Source: Callorhinchus milii (taxonomy: Eukaryota). From it: a DNA stretch of 64,000 nt. How positions within the stretch are numbered: position 1 is the stretch's first letter; the number at the start of each line of letters is the position of its first letter. The stretch is from assembly GCF_018977255.1 (NCBI RefSeq), contig NW_024704742.1, positions 57,042,001-57,106,000 of the forward strand, in the 5' to 3' direction. The notes beneath the pieces are model-generated. The model was not told where the DNA came from. It searched no databases and saw only the letters and a list, made by a program, of their open reading frames with translations. Made by a program: the position numbers and the translations under genes. Shown one piece after another: positions 27,609-39,127 of the stretch.

Positions 27609-30510
27609 TATTGAACCGTAAGAAATTTTGTTCTGACTCATCGGCACATGCACAGAATCACAGGAACAGTAGTCTTGATCCATCGCCACATGAGCCGAAG
27701 AACTTCATTTTCTGTGATTCAATGTGATTCCAATGGTTGCCGGAAAGTGCACATGCAGCGACGGGGCAAGACACAATGAATTTTGAGAAATGTAATCGTG
27801 ATCCATCACTGCATGCACAGTGTAGATCATTGATTAAATCATATTTTATACGATTTATACAGTTTGCCTGTAACTTGGACTTTGCATAAGTTATATTAAA
27901 TGTTATGGTCCTGATACGATTTATGTGAGTTTTACTGTATTAGTCATTTTGCCAACAATACTAAAACGTTAATGCAGACAACATGAAATCAATAATCCAA
28001 GAAAACAGCCATTAAAATGGTACATTTTGGTTCCCAAACCTTTTTGACCTTGGACTTAGTCCACTTTTAACCTTGCAATTAAAATAAGTTGCAAAATATA
28101 TCTTGGAAGAGCACATCGATTAATATCTTATTTTAGAAAGTGCCACAGCAATTCCTTTTTTGGTACTGAAAAACTGGTTCGTTAGTAGTTTGTAAAGTGG
28201 CCTTTCATTGCTGTTTTTAAACAGGATTTTAGAAACGTCAATACAATGTCATATAATTGCTGGACTGATCTCAGCCCAGCAGCATCTAAAAAAGCAACTC
28301 TCTGTCTCTCTGGAATCAGCAGCGAATGCCACTTCATTAAGTAGGTCTCAATTTATCTATTTACCTAATTTACCATTTACCTTGGATTTCCAATAAAAGT
28401 TGTTGGGGAGCTCATTCCAAATTAAACATTCCATTCCAACTCAAAACGAGCAGCTAATCCTAATCAGAACACACACTGGATGTTCCTCTTTTGTCCACAT
28501 GAAAATAATAATAATAATCCTTGCATTTGACATAGCTCCTTATGTTATTGAGACGTCTCAAAACACTTTACAGGATATACTGTAAAGTGGATTGACTGTG
28601 TATTTTGTGGATGAAACGCGGGCAGCAATGTTCCACAAGCAGCTACGGAGTGAAATGAAAAATAGTATCAAAAAAAATTCAGCTGCTCTTGGATAAACTT
28701 GTATACAATAACATCATGTCAGGACTTTGAACTCACAGTCTAGGCTGACACTCCTACGGCTGCAGGAGTGCTACACTCTTGAGGTGCCTTGCTTTTGGGT
28801 GAGATGTTAAATCAAGATCTTGTCTGCTTGTTCAGGTGGACGTTAAGGATCCTATATAATTATTTCAAAAGAGATGGGAATTTCTCCCAGTGTCCTGCAT
28901 TCCTAGGTATCTGCTCCTCCATTTCATTAAGAAAATAACCTGTCATTCCAGTTCTTAATACTGCCTCTCAAAATGCACTCCTGTACTATGTATTTTCTTT
29001 GAAAACAGTACTCGATATTCCAAATGTAACCTCACCAATGATTGCTACAAGGTTGCAATAGACAAATATCCTTCAGATGCAACGTGGTATATAGTTAGTT
29101 TTGTTAACAACGGTTTAACGTTAACTGAAATCCTTCAGTGAATGTTCGATAATCGCCCCCAAATACTTTCCCTTCTGCACCTCCTCTAAATGGACCTCTT
29201 TAATTTATACACATTTACCAGTTCTTCCGATATTCAGCACATTGCATTTATCTATATTAAAATCCGTCTGCAATTCCTTGGACCATTTGCTGAAATGAAC
29301 TAAACTAAAAATTAGTTACACTCCTCCTTACCCGCATAGCTGGGCATCATCGGCAAATGATGTAAATGGCAACTTCAGGGACCTGGAACTAACCCTTGCA
29401 GAATCCATCTCTGCACCACATGTCATGATTCTTCTATTATTTAACATCTCTTTATTCTAAACTGATGAGACATGAAAGCAAGGTTTTGTCTGCCTGCTCA
29501 GGCAGACATTGCTGTGCGGAAATTGGCTGTTGTGTTTGCCTACAAAATACACAGACAGACCAGCCAGCCTAGTTTCTTTGCAGCATTTGGAGAGGCAGAT
29601 TAGTGACTGGGGAGAAGGCTCCTTCCCACTCAGCTCCTGTAAACACAGCAAGTCACAACTCCATTCCACAGGAAGAGAATATTTGCACAGATCTCCGTAA
29701 GTTGTTAACTTACAATCAAGCAATTTCAGAAGTAAATATCAAATGATACATTGTACACCTTTTGGCAATAAAAAAAGACCCAGTTAAGGTCCATTCGCAC
29801 ATTGAAATTCTAAAGCAAATTAGTTGTCAGAAAAAAGCTTTGCTGCCAAAAATACCAAGAGGCAGCTGTTCACTAAGACACCATCTCTCTCTGTGCAGAT
29901 ATTCACTTCAGTTTCCGTCCTGCAGGATTTAGACAGATCCATCTCATGACTTAATTACATAACCAATGAAACAATGTTTGGACAAGAAACACTAGATAAA
30001 TTCTGTATGAATGATTGGAAGTACTCCACAACGAGAACAGAACTTACATCTTAATATCTTGCCACACGTCACAATATAAAGTGTAAGAACATTGCTGTGA
30101 CTTGGGTTAATGTGTAAAATTGTATTGGAAATTTAGCTCAGAAACTATGCACAATTACATACAGTATTTCATTATTGACCTAATATAATTTTAGGATTGT
30201 GCTACTATAAAACTGCAAGCTAATAATAATCTTTCCATTTGATAGAATAATAATCCTACCATTTGATATAGTGCCTCATCACGTCATCAAGACATCTCAA
30301 AGCACTTCACAGGATTTTACTGTGATGAGTAGTGACAGTGTATTTGTAGATGAACATATGGCTATACTATTGAGAACATCTCAAAGCACTTCACAAAATT
30401 CCTGTAAAGCTAACCATTACTGCCAATTTTCATGCAGCAATGTTTCACAAACCGCCACAAAGTGAAAGACCACTGTTATCTGGAGGACTGATTGCCGGAT
30501 GCACTACTGA

Positions 30511-30834
30511 GAGTCCTGTAGCTCAGTGGTTAGAGCACTCGCTTTGCAAGTGAGAGACCTGAGTTCAATTCCAGGCACAGGGTGAAACCTTGGGCAAGTT
30601 TCCTTACTCCACACTCCTAATAATAATCCCTCCAAAAAACCAAAAACAATAATAAATTGGTCATTTTCAATCTACGACTGTTTGTGGGACATTGCTGTGC
30701 GCAATTGGCTGCCGCGTTCGCCCACAAATATACAGTCAATTCATTTTACAGTGTGTTCTGTGAAGCACTTTGGGACGTCCTCCCGACGTGAAAAGCGCTA
30801 TATCAAATGCAAGGATTATTATTATTATTATTAT
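30511..30834 (+). mobile_element. tRNA-Ala-derived SINE, short variant, full length, nested in an older Deu-type SINE
   Basis: A box TAGCTCAGTGG, CTTTGCAAG anticodon-like loop, B box GTTCAATTCC, CCTTGGGCAAGT block, GCTGTGCGCAATTGGCTGCCGCG block, L2-like tail, (ATT)n. Confidence 0.92.
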
Positions 30835-32350
30835 AACTCCCTTCTCTTTTCGATTGTATTAGGGCACAGAATTGGAAAGTTAGGCCTCTGACGGTGACGT
30901 AGATAGGACAGGTGACACACAGCAAGCTGAAGCTAACTGAGTAAATGGGGTGAGCTGTGGATGCAAGGAGGACATAGGAGGACACTAAAGAGAACTACTA
31001 AGACGTGAAGGGATTTTGTAGGCGAGAGTGAAGACTTTGAAGTAAATCTGCTGAGAACCAGTGAAGCCTGTCGAGGACTGGGGCGATGGCCTTGCAGATG
31101 CACAGCTCCAGTGGGGCCTGTTATACAATACAAATTTACTTTTATATAATGCCTTTCAAGTCAACAGAGTGTCCCAAAAGTACTCCTCAGTAGACACTTG
31201 AGCTGGGGGCAGGAGCTTAGGGTGTGGAGCTAAGGGGGCTTGGGAGGGACAAGGTCAAAGAGGTAGATCATGAAACAAGCCTTAAATGAGGTGAGGGAGG
31301 AATAAATCTAAGGGACTCCGGGATGGTGTTCCAGAGAGTGGGGGTAGAAAATCTGAAAGGCTGCCTGCCTGCTGATGGTGGGACAAGTAGGGTAGAAGGG
31401 AGTGGACAGGTTTGTAGGGTTTAAGAAGGTTGACAATACAAAGTACATCAGTACACAGTGGGTCAAATGGCCTCTTTCAGTGCTGTTACTATAAAGAATG
31501 GCCACTTGGTAAAAAGGACAGTAGGTATCTGTAGGACTGACTGTACCCCACGTTTATACTCCAACAGAAGTAAGCAACTCTGGGGATGAAATGGGAAAAT
31601 TGGAGGGAAGGAGTATGAGAGAAAAAATGAAGTTTCAGTAACAGATTGGGTTAAATAGATGCAACACATGACACTTTATAAGATGCATGTGAAAGGGACA
31701 CAGACAGGTTTGGTGCCCTGTGAATACAAACTCAGCAATAAACTACCCACATGTTGAATACAAATGCTCATTAAATTGGTAACTTCATTAAGAGAAGCTA
31801 CGCCAGTGGTTGGTGTGGAAAATGAAAAATTCATTCTGAGGCTATGAGTTAAACCCAGAGTAGAGGGAGCTTACAAATATAGTCACTACACTATACAATA
31901 AAATACTGTGAAACATTTTCAGGGATTTCAATGAAGTGATGAGATACTATATTCAAATGCAATGATTATATTATAACATCATATAACATTATTATTAGCT
32001 TTAGAACTGGCTGCTCTGTGTTTTGACTGAGAGGGAATGACGCTACAATTAGGTGGCCATAGTGGAAGCATTCTATTCCCTAGGGTGGATACCTGTCAAT
32101 TTGACAAGTTTTTTTTAAAAGATTAAATTATGACTGCAGGCAGCCTTTTTTCACCTCCATCTCCCTGTGACCCTCCTATTTTCAATCCCAAAATATAGTC
32201 ACTCCAATTTACAGTAAATCCTAGGAGTTGTTTTGAGACATCCTCCTGAGGTGAAAGTCACTGTATAAAATGTAAGGATTTATTATTTTTAGAGTGATTC
32301 TCCCAATGTGAAAGGCGTTATATCAAATGTAAGGATTTATTATTATTATA

Positions 32351-33598
32351 TTCTTTCCTGCATGCAAAAAAATCTAAATCAGCTGCACCCCTGAAAGGAA
32401 ATAGCTGGCGAAAGGTATGGATTACGGTAACTTTTAATTGTTACCACTTTTTTTTTACAACCATTACTAATGAAGCTCCAGCAGTTCAGGAAAAAACATA
32501 AATATGTGAGTAGACAGAAACTTCCTAAGGGACCACAGTCAGCTGCAGGCATGCTAGGTCAGCAATACCAAAGGCAAACACACCTGGATTACCCAGCCTC
32601 ATATGTCTCACATCTATTAAAATTAGGATAATACTTGGAAAGACTTTGACGTGGGGATATCAAGTTTGGGTAGCTGAAATCAAATGGATTGATTTCAAGA
32701 TCCTCACGCTCGTTTTCAAATCCCTTCATGCCCTGGCACCTCCCTACCTCTCCGACCTGCTTATCCTCCAACCCACTATCCGCTGCCTCCAGTCTACTGG
32801 CTCTGATCTTCTCCATTTCCTTTGTGCCCTCCGTTCGACCATCGGTAGCTGAGCTTTCAGCCACTACATCCTGAAACTTTGGAACACTCTTCCTCTATCC
32901 CTCTGCTTTGCCCCTTCCTTTCCCACCTTCAGGTTGCACCTGAAGACCTTCCTCTTTGACCGTGCCTACAGTCACCACCCCCTCCACCCAGCTCGGCATC
33001 AGGCTCCACCACTGTCAAGCGCTCTGGGGTGCTATCCTGCATGAGGGGTGATATATAAATACAAGTTGTTGTAGCTGTCGCCTTGATTCAAATAACCTGC
33101 CTCAGATGCCTAGTTTTCTTCAGTGCTTAGGCAAGCATCAGAGACAGCAATGACCGGACAACCGAGGGCACCCGCCTTTCCCACCCAGACCCCAAAGCGC
33201 AGAGATGCCAATGTCAAATAATACCTTTGAACAGGAGATCAATGTCAGTGCTGTAACTGTCTTCCTACCTCTGTTTTTTGAAAGATCTATCCAGCTTACT
33301 GCTCTGACTGGTAGAACAAACAACACTGTGAGGTTCAGAATACATTCTATACTTAAACTAACAAATTCAAAAAAATCAATAGACATGTACTTTTAAAACC
33401 ACACCCCTCACATTGTGTCAAATAATGACCGACAAAGTGTAATCTCTGTAACGGAAGCTTCTTGTTTATTGCTGCTGGTCTTATAATTATTATTTTCTTT
33501 CCTGCATACAAAAAAAATCTAAATAAAATCAACTGCAATTCTGAAAGGAAAGCGGATTGTTGGCAAAAGGTATGGATTATGATAACTTTGAATTGTTA
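32351..33598 (+). repeat. Local direct duplication of about 100 bp (32351-32443 and 33495-33598)
   Basis: TTCTTTCCTGCAT...AATCTAAAT...CTGAAAGGAAA...AAAGGTATGGATTA...TAACTTT.AATTGTTA in both. Confidence 0.85.
32686..33071 (+). mobile_element. Older L2 subfamily 3' fragment
   Basis: IDFKILTLVFKSLHALAPPYLSDLL followed by an L2-type tail. Confidence 0.8.
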
Positions 33599-35157
33599 GC
33601 CAAACATGTGTTATTTGTTAGCCAAATAACACAAACGCATCTTGCTCTACCCTAGTCTGGAGATCATCACCTCAGTTTAGCCCACTTGATGCAAAATCCC
33701 TCTGTGCATTCTGCATCAACAAATTAGTTCCTCCCAGTTTCTAGAAACAGCCTGTTTTTATAGCACAGCGCTTCCACAGAACAAGGCACCAAATTATTTG
33801 ATATGCATGTCCCCCCCCAACCACCTGCAGGACAGCAAGTTAAAATTAAATATAAAAAGCAAAATTGCAAGTATTGCCTTCATGTTTTTCAAAAAAAATG
33901 TGGTGTTTGCCAATTATTGTTCAGTGTAACAAGCACAAGGTGAAGCGAAGGAGAAGCAGTATCACCACATTTATAAAACATTGAATAGAACTCAAAAGGG
34001 GGAGCAGTTATATAGAAGCATAGAAATGTACAGCACAGAAGGACTCAAATCCGCCCAGCAAATATGCACCAGCTAGGATATCACTCAATCCTGTCTTATC
34101 CCCATACCCATTCAAGTCGCTCTCTTTCATATACCAAGTTAATAGTCAGAAGAGAGAGGAAAGCTAATAATAATGCTCCAAACATCTCAGATCAAACATG
34201 GAGGCAAGAATTTTCTACAAAATACACAGTCACTACATTTTACAATAAAGCTTGTGAAGCGCTTTGAGGCATCCTCCTGTTGTGAAAGCAATATATCAAA
34301 TGGAAGGATTTTTTTTTCAAATCTCCCCCCTCCCTCCACCCCGCCAAATTGACCAAGACACCAAATGTGATACAGAAGTTAAGTTCCATATAGTGAATAA
34401 GGAACCACATTTTTTAGGGTTTTTTTATTGTGCTATATGCAAAGGCACAGAGATTCCCATCTTAAAACCCACTTGTGCATCAGTGACTTGGTCACATCAG
34501 TCCCAAACACAAAATTAATGAGGATTTGAATCTGAACTCAATACACAAAAAGGGGGGAGGGGTGGTATCATGGTTTTATTGTAAACTGGTTACACTGTGC
34601 AGAGTTTTTCAGATTGAAATAATAATAATCCTTTCATTTGGTATAACAATAACAAATTACATTTGTATAGCGCCTTTCACGTCAGGAGAAGGTCCCAAGG
34701 CACTAAAGCATCTTATCACTTCGTTGATAAAACTAGTCTCATAGTGTTTCACAGAATATATTGTAAAGTAGATCGCTTTCCTGAGGTAAATAATCCCTTC
34801 AAAAAAATAAATAAAAACTTGGTCACTCAATCCATGACTGTTTGTGGGACACTGCTGTGTGCAATTGGCTGCCGCGTTTTGTCCACAAAAAAGATATCCA
34901 CTTCGCAGTGTATTCTGTGAAGCATTTTAAGACATGTCGACAATGTGATAGGGCGCTAAATCAAATGCAAGGATTATTATTATTATTATTATTATATATT
35001 ATTGAAGTGAACTGACTGTATTTTGTGGACGACACATAATATAGGATTCTCTGGGGGAGAGGAGGGGGGTAAATAAAGACCATGCAGCAGAGAGAGAGAG
35101 AATGTATGTATGCATGTGTGTGTGTGTGTGTGTGTATGTCAGGAGTTTCGCACTTAC

Positions 35158-35403
35158 CGTGAGTTGGCCAAGCAGCTGAGACACACAGCCCCTGTCCCTG
35201 TCCCTGGGGAAGCGCACGGGCTTCAGGTTGCTCTGCCTGGCCAGCACCAGGAAGGTGCCCAGCAAGAGGCTGCTCACAGTCACAGCCGAGTAGAAGAGGA
35301 GCCTGAGGGTCACCCAGGCGTCGAAGAATGAGGCTGCTGCAAAGAGGCAAACCGCGGCCAGGAGAAAGTAACCGTGTCTGCCATCGGGACGCATAGCGAC
35401 CAT
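35158..35403 (-). CDS. SNX25: Sorting nexin 25, first coding exon (82 codons; N-terminal two-TM hairpin)
   Basis: ORF MVAMRPDG...FLLAAVCLFAAASFF...TLRLLFYSAVTVSSLLLGTFLVLARQSNLKP resembles the N-terminal membrane region of long mammalian SNX25 as recalled (LFRLSLYLSCAAAAFLLGILFALVCRSP). In-frame TGA upstream at 35448-35446. Ends ACG|GTAAGT, phase 0, matching the exon at 16413. Head-to-head with CFAP97. Confidence 0.88.
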
Positions 35404-35915
35404 CGCATTTCCCCCGACAGCGAATCGTGCGATGCGTTCCCTCCGTCAAACCGGTGCACGTCCATAACACTGCAGCCCGGCAGGCACCTCCATGCAGAGG
35501 GTTATGATTGATTCACAGTCTCCAAAAATAGATCCACGGGAGAGAATATAGAAAGACACCACCACACACCCTCACTCCCTCCCTCACTCACTCCCTCCCT
35601 CACACACTCACTCACTCACTCACTCACACAGTGCAACCAGAGACAGAGACACAGAGGAGGGGGAAATACCCCCCTCCCCCCCCACTCCCTCCCCACACAC
35701 ACACACCCCACACACACGACATAAAAATAATAAATACCAGGACAGGGTTGGGATGCCACCTCGCGAAAATAAAACCTACATGTTTCCTGGAGGGGCTTTT
35801 GAGGCTTCGCTCGTCCACTTACGGTACAAGCCAACCCATCGCCAGCTCCAGGGGCTGGGGGGCAAACCCTCACACACCGGACAGCTCTGGGGTTACAACA
35901 AAATAACAGGGAGGG

Positions 35916-36449
35916 ACACACACACACACACACACACACAGAGACACACACAGAGAGACACACACACAGAGACACACAGAGAGAGAGAGACACACACACT
36001 CAGACACACATAGAGACACACACACTCAGACACACAGAGAGAGAGAGACACACACACTCAGACACACATAGAGACACACACACTCAGACACACATAGAGA
36101 GAGTGAGAGAGAGACACACACAGACTCAGACAGACACACACACAGAGACTCAGACAGAGAGACAGACACAGAGACTCAGACAGAGAGACACACACAGAGA
36201 CTCAGACAGAGAGACACACACAGAGACTCAGACAGAGAGACACACACAGAGACTCAGACAGAGAGACACACACAGAGACTCAGACAGAGAGAGACACACA
36301 CACAGAGACTCAGACAGAGAGAGACACACACAGAGACTCAGACAGAGAGACACACAGAGAGACTCAGACAGAGAGAGACACACACAGAGACTCAGACAGA
36401 GAGAGACACACACAGAGACTCAGACAGAGAGAGACACACACAGAGACTC

Positions 36450-36486
<37 letters not shown>

Positions 36487-36488
36487 CA
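35916..36488. repeat. Compound (CA)n/(GA)n minisatellite, unit about GACTCAGACAGAGAGACACACACAGA, ending in (GACA)n
   Basis: Directly visible tandem array. Confidence 0.97.
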
Positions 36489-36588
36489 GGGAGAGTGAGG
36501 GGGATTGGCTTCTCCTGTTGATGAATCGTTTCTCGCCGTTTCTTCTTTCGCTCGTTATTTATTTCATGTGTGTCCACAGCTACAAAGT

Positions 36589-36694
36589 CTCCTCCTCCTC
36601 CTCCTCCTCCTGCTGCTGCTGCTGCTGCTGCTGCTCCTCGCTTGGATCTGCTCGGCTTGGTCGGCTGTCGTTTCTCCTTCACGAGTGTTGTTGA

Positions 36695-36733
<39 letters not shown>

Positions 36734-36865
36734 TAAATATATAATATAATATATATTTCCAGTTGCAAACCCTCTTGCTGGCTGATCTGGTTTGCTGGAC
36801 TGAATGCCTGTTGTTTCTTCTTCACGACTGGTTCTTAAATCCCCTCTATCTCTATGTGCATATAA

Positions 36866-36903
<38 letters not shown>

Positions 36904-36912
36904 ATGTATGTA
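36589..36912. repeat. Microsatellite cluster: (CCT)n(GCT)n, (CT)n(CA)n(TA)n, (TA)n(TG)n
   Basis: Directly visible. Confidence 0.9.
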
Positions 36913-38334
36913 TATTTCCAGCTGCAGACCCTGTCGCTTGCTCCAGCTCCAGCTCCAGCTGCTGGTGGCTGCTGCTGTCCCCGAACCAGCTCCAGCGCAG
37001 AGCCCGAGGAGGAGCTCACATCGCGCTCAGCCAACCCATCACATGTGTTTTCGTGGAGCAAGGTGACGATGGCCAGTCAGTCAGCTTCAATCCCAGAGCT
37101 TCCTGTATCGCAGGATCAGGCCACGACGTCAACAAATCCGGAAAAGAAAGCTCTGCACTCACTCACTCACTCACTGACTCCACATCATTCACTTCACTGC
37201 ACATCACTCCTCTCCCACTCCGCTCACTGCCTCTTTTTGCCTTCGGTGCAATTCAACTCCCCCCCCCAACGCTTTTGCAAACGAGCAAACAGCTCCCCCC
37301 CTTTTTTTTTTGTGACACAGCAAAAAAAAATCTCTGCCACTGTTACAGCAATCGTTCGGTGGGGCCCACAATATGGAAACCGGGAACTGGAAGAGCATCG
37401 TTTTAAACCCAGTGAGACGAGGCGTGGCTCAAGGCAGCATTAGTGGAATGCATGTAAATACATTGCAAAGACTTAAGCATCTGATTATTATATAGGATAA
37501 TGGAAAATATGGATTAAATTGACGGGGGGAGTGGTTGCAGCAGATGTTGTTTAGCTGTTACTGTCCCAAGTTATTTTGTTTTATTGATGTGACCCACTCA
37601 GACCAGTTTCCTGTGTCCTCAAAAGCTGTATCCGCAGTCACAATGACACTGACAACAATAGTGCAGGATATACTGCAAATAATATGCTATTGTTATCTGG
37701 TGAGTTTTTTGTGCACTGGCCAACGATCCTAAATTATTCATTTAGCTCAAGGTTGTTTGTGGGACCTTGCTGTGTGCAAAACTGCTGCCCCGATTCACTG
37801 CAAAAATAGTGCCTTCATTTGACAGTACTTGTTGTAAGGTGCTTTGAGACATCTTAGCATTATATGGCATAATCAAAATGAAAGTTCTTTCTTAGTTCTT
37901 TTTGATCTGTTTTTCTGCAATAAATTGCCAACATACGTCAATCAACCCTAACAGTTAAGGTGGTCCGAGACTGGACAAGCAGTCCTCAACTTCTCGATAC
38001 GGAAGTCGGTCTTTTTAAGAACTAAAGAATTCTTGTCTTCCAAATTACAACTTAGGTTAGAATTTTTGCACAATTCAGCACTATTTTGAATTGTGGTCTT
38101 GCGTCCAAAGGTACAAAATGAGTGAGATTTCACACCAGTGATCCCTGGGCAAAATACTTTTAAAGTGTCAGGACAATGGACATGAGGATCAAAGCCCAGT
38201 ACAACTAAGAAACTTAAACTTGATTTGTTAGTTTAAATGGCGAAAGTTTTCACAAACATCTTCAGCCGAAAGTGTGAGGTCCCATCTATCACACCTGCCA
38301 GCGTCCAGCCAATTCTGTTCCATGCACCTAAAAT

Positions 38335-39127
38335 GAGAAACTACTGAGTACACCGGATAGTGCAAAGGCCATGACCTTCATAATCCAGGCAGTGATGCTC
38401 CACCAGAGCTAACTGCCCCCACCTGGTCAAGCTGTTTCAGTACAACGACAACACTGATATATATCTACCCAGCAATGTGAAATATCGCCCAAGTACTGCA
38501 TGTCCTATCTACAAAAAATAAGACATTTCCTACCTAGCCAACTATTATCCCATAGGCCTTCTAATCATGCACAAAATGATGGAAGGAGTCATCCACAATG
38601 TCATCAGTATCGTATTCATCTACAATACAGTGAATTCTCTGAAGCGCTTCGCATCGTTCTCCTGAAATGAAAGTGCTGTACCAAATGTATGGACTATTAC
38701 TATTCTCAATCGATATCTGCTCACCATTGACCTGTTCACAGATATTTAGGTTGAATTCCATCTGAGCCACTTGTTTTCAGACCTGGTTGAAGCCCTGATC
38801 TAGACATAGACTTAGTAGCTGAACACCAGAGGAGAACTGAAAGTGTCTGCCTTAGACATAAAGGTAGCATTCAACTGAGTTTGGCACCTGGAAGCCCCAC
38901 AAAACTGAGGTTGAAGGGACTGGTATTATACCATGCGCACAGGAAGATGGTTGTGATTCTCAGAGGTCAATCGGCAAGATCCTAGAACACCCTGTCCTAC
39001 ACCATCGCAACAAGGACTGCAGCAATTTAAAGACAAGCCCTCACCACCACCTTTTCAGAATAATCAGGGATGAGCAATAAACGCTGTCACTGCTAGCCTT
39101 ACCCATTTCCCAAGATGAATTAAAAAA
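38335..39127 (+). mobile_element. Degraded non-LTR retrotransposon (RT remnant plus 3' tail)
   Basis: Decayed RT-like sequence ending in CACCACCACCTT...GGGATGAGCAATAAA; no intact ORF. Confidence 0.6.

Larger units (their letters stand above)
35404..37440 (-). promoter_or_regulatory. CpG-enriched 5' UTR/promoter region of SNX25
   Basis: CpG visibly more frequent than in the flanks. CRE-like CGACGTCA and CCGGAA near 37124-37143. Many microsatellites. Lies directly upstream of the SNX25 ATG. TSS not located. Confidence 0.55.

Noticed and set aside
30511..30580. tRNA-Ala(TGC) gene
   Set aside because: No proper acceptor stem; it continues into a SINE body and recurs at least ten times, so it is a SINE head.
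34961..35470. 169-aa minus-strand ORF overlapping SNX25 exon 1
   Set aside because: Alternative frame of a GC-rich exon with a non-ATG start, running into intron repeats.
36103..37443. ORFs of 112-226 aa upstream of SNX25
   Set aside because: Microsatellite-derived low-complexity translations with no recognisable domain.
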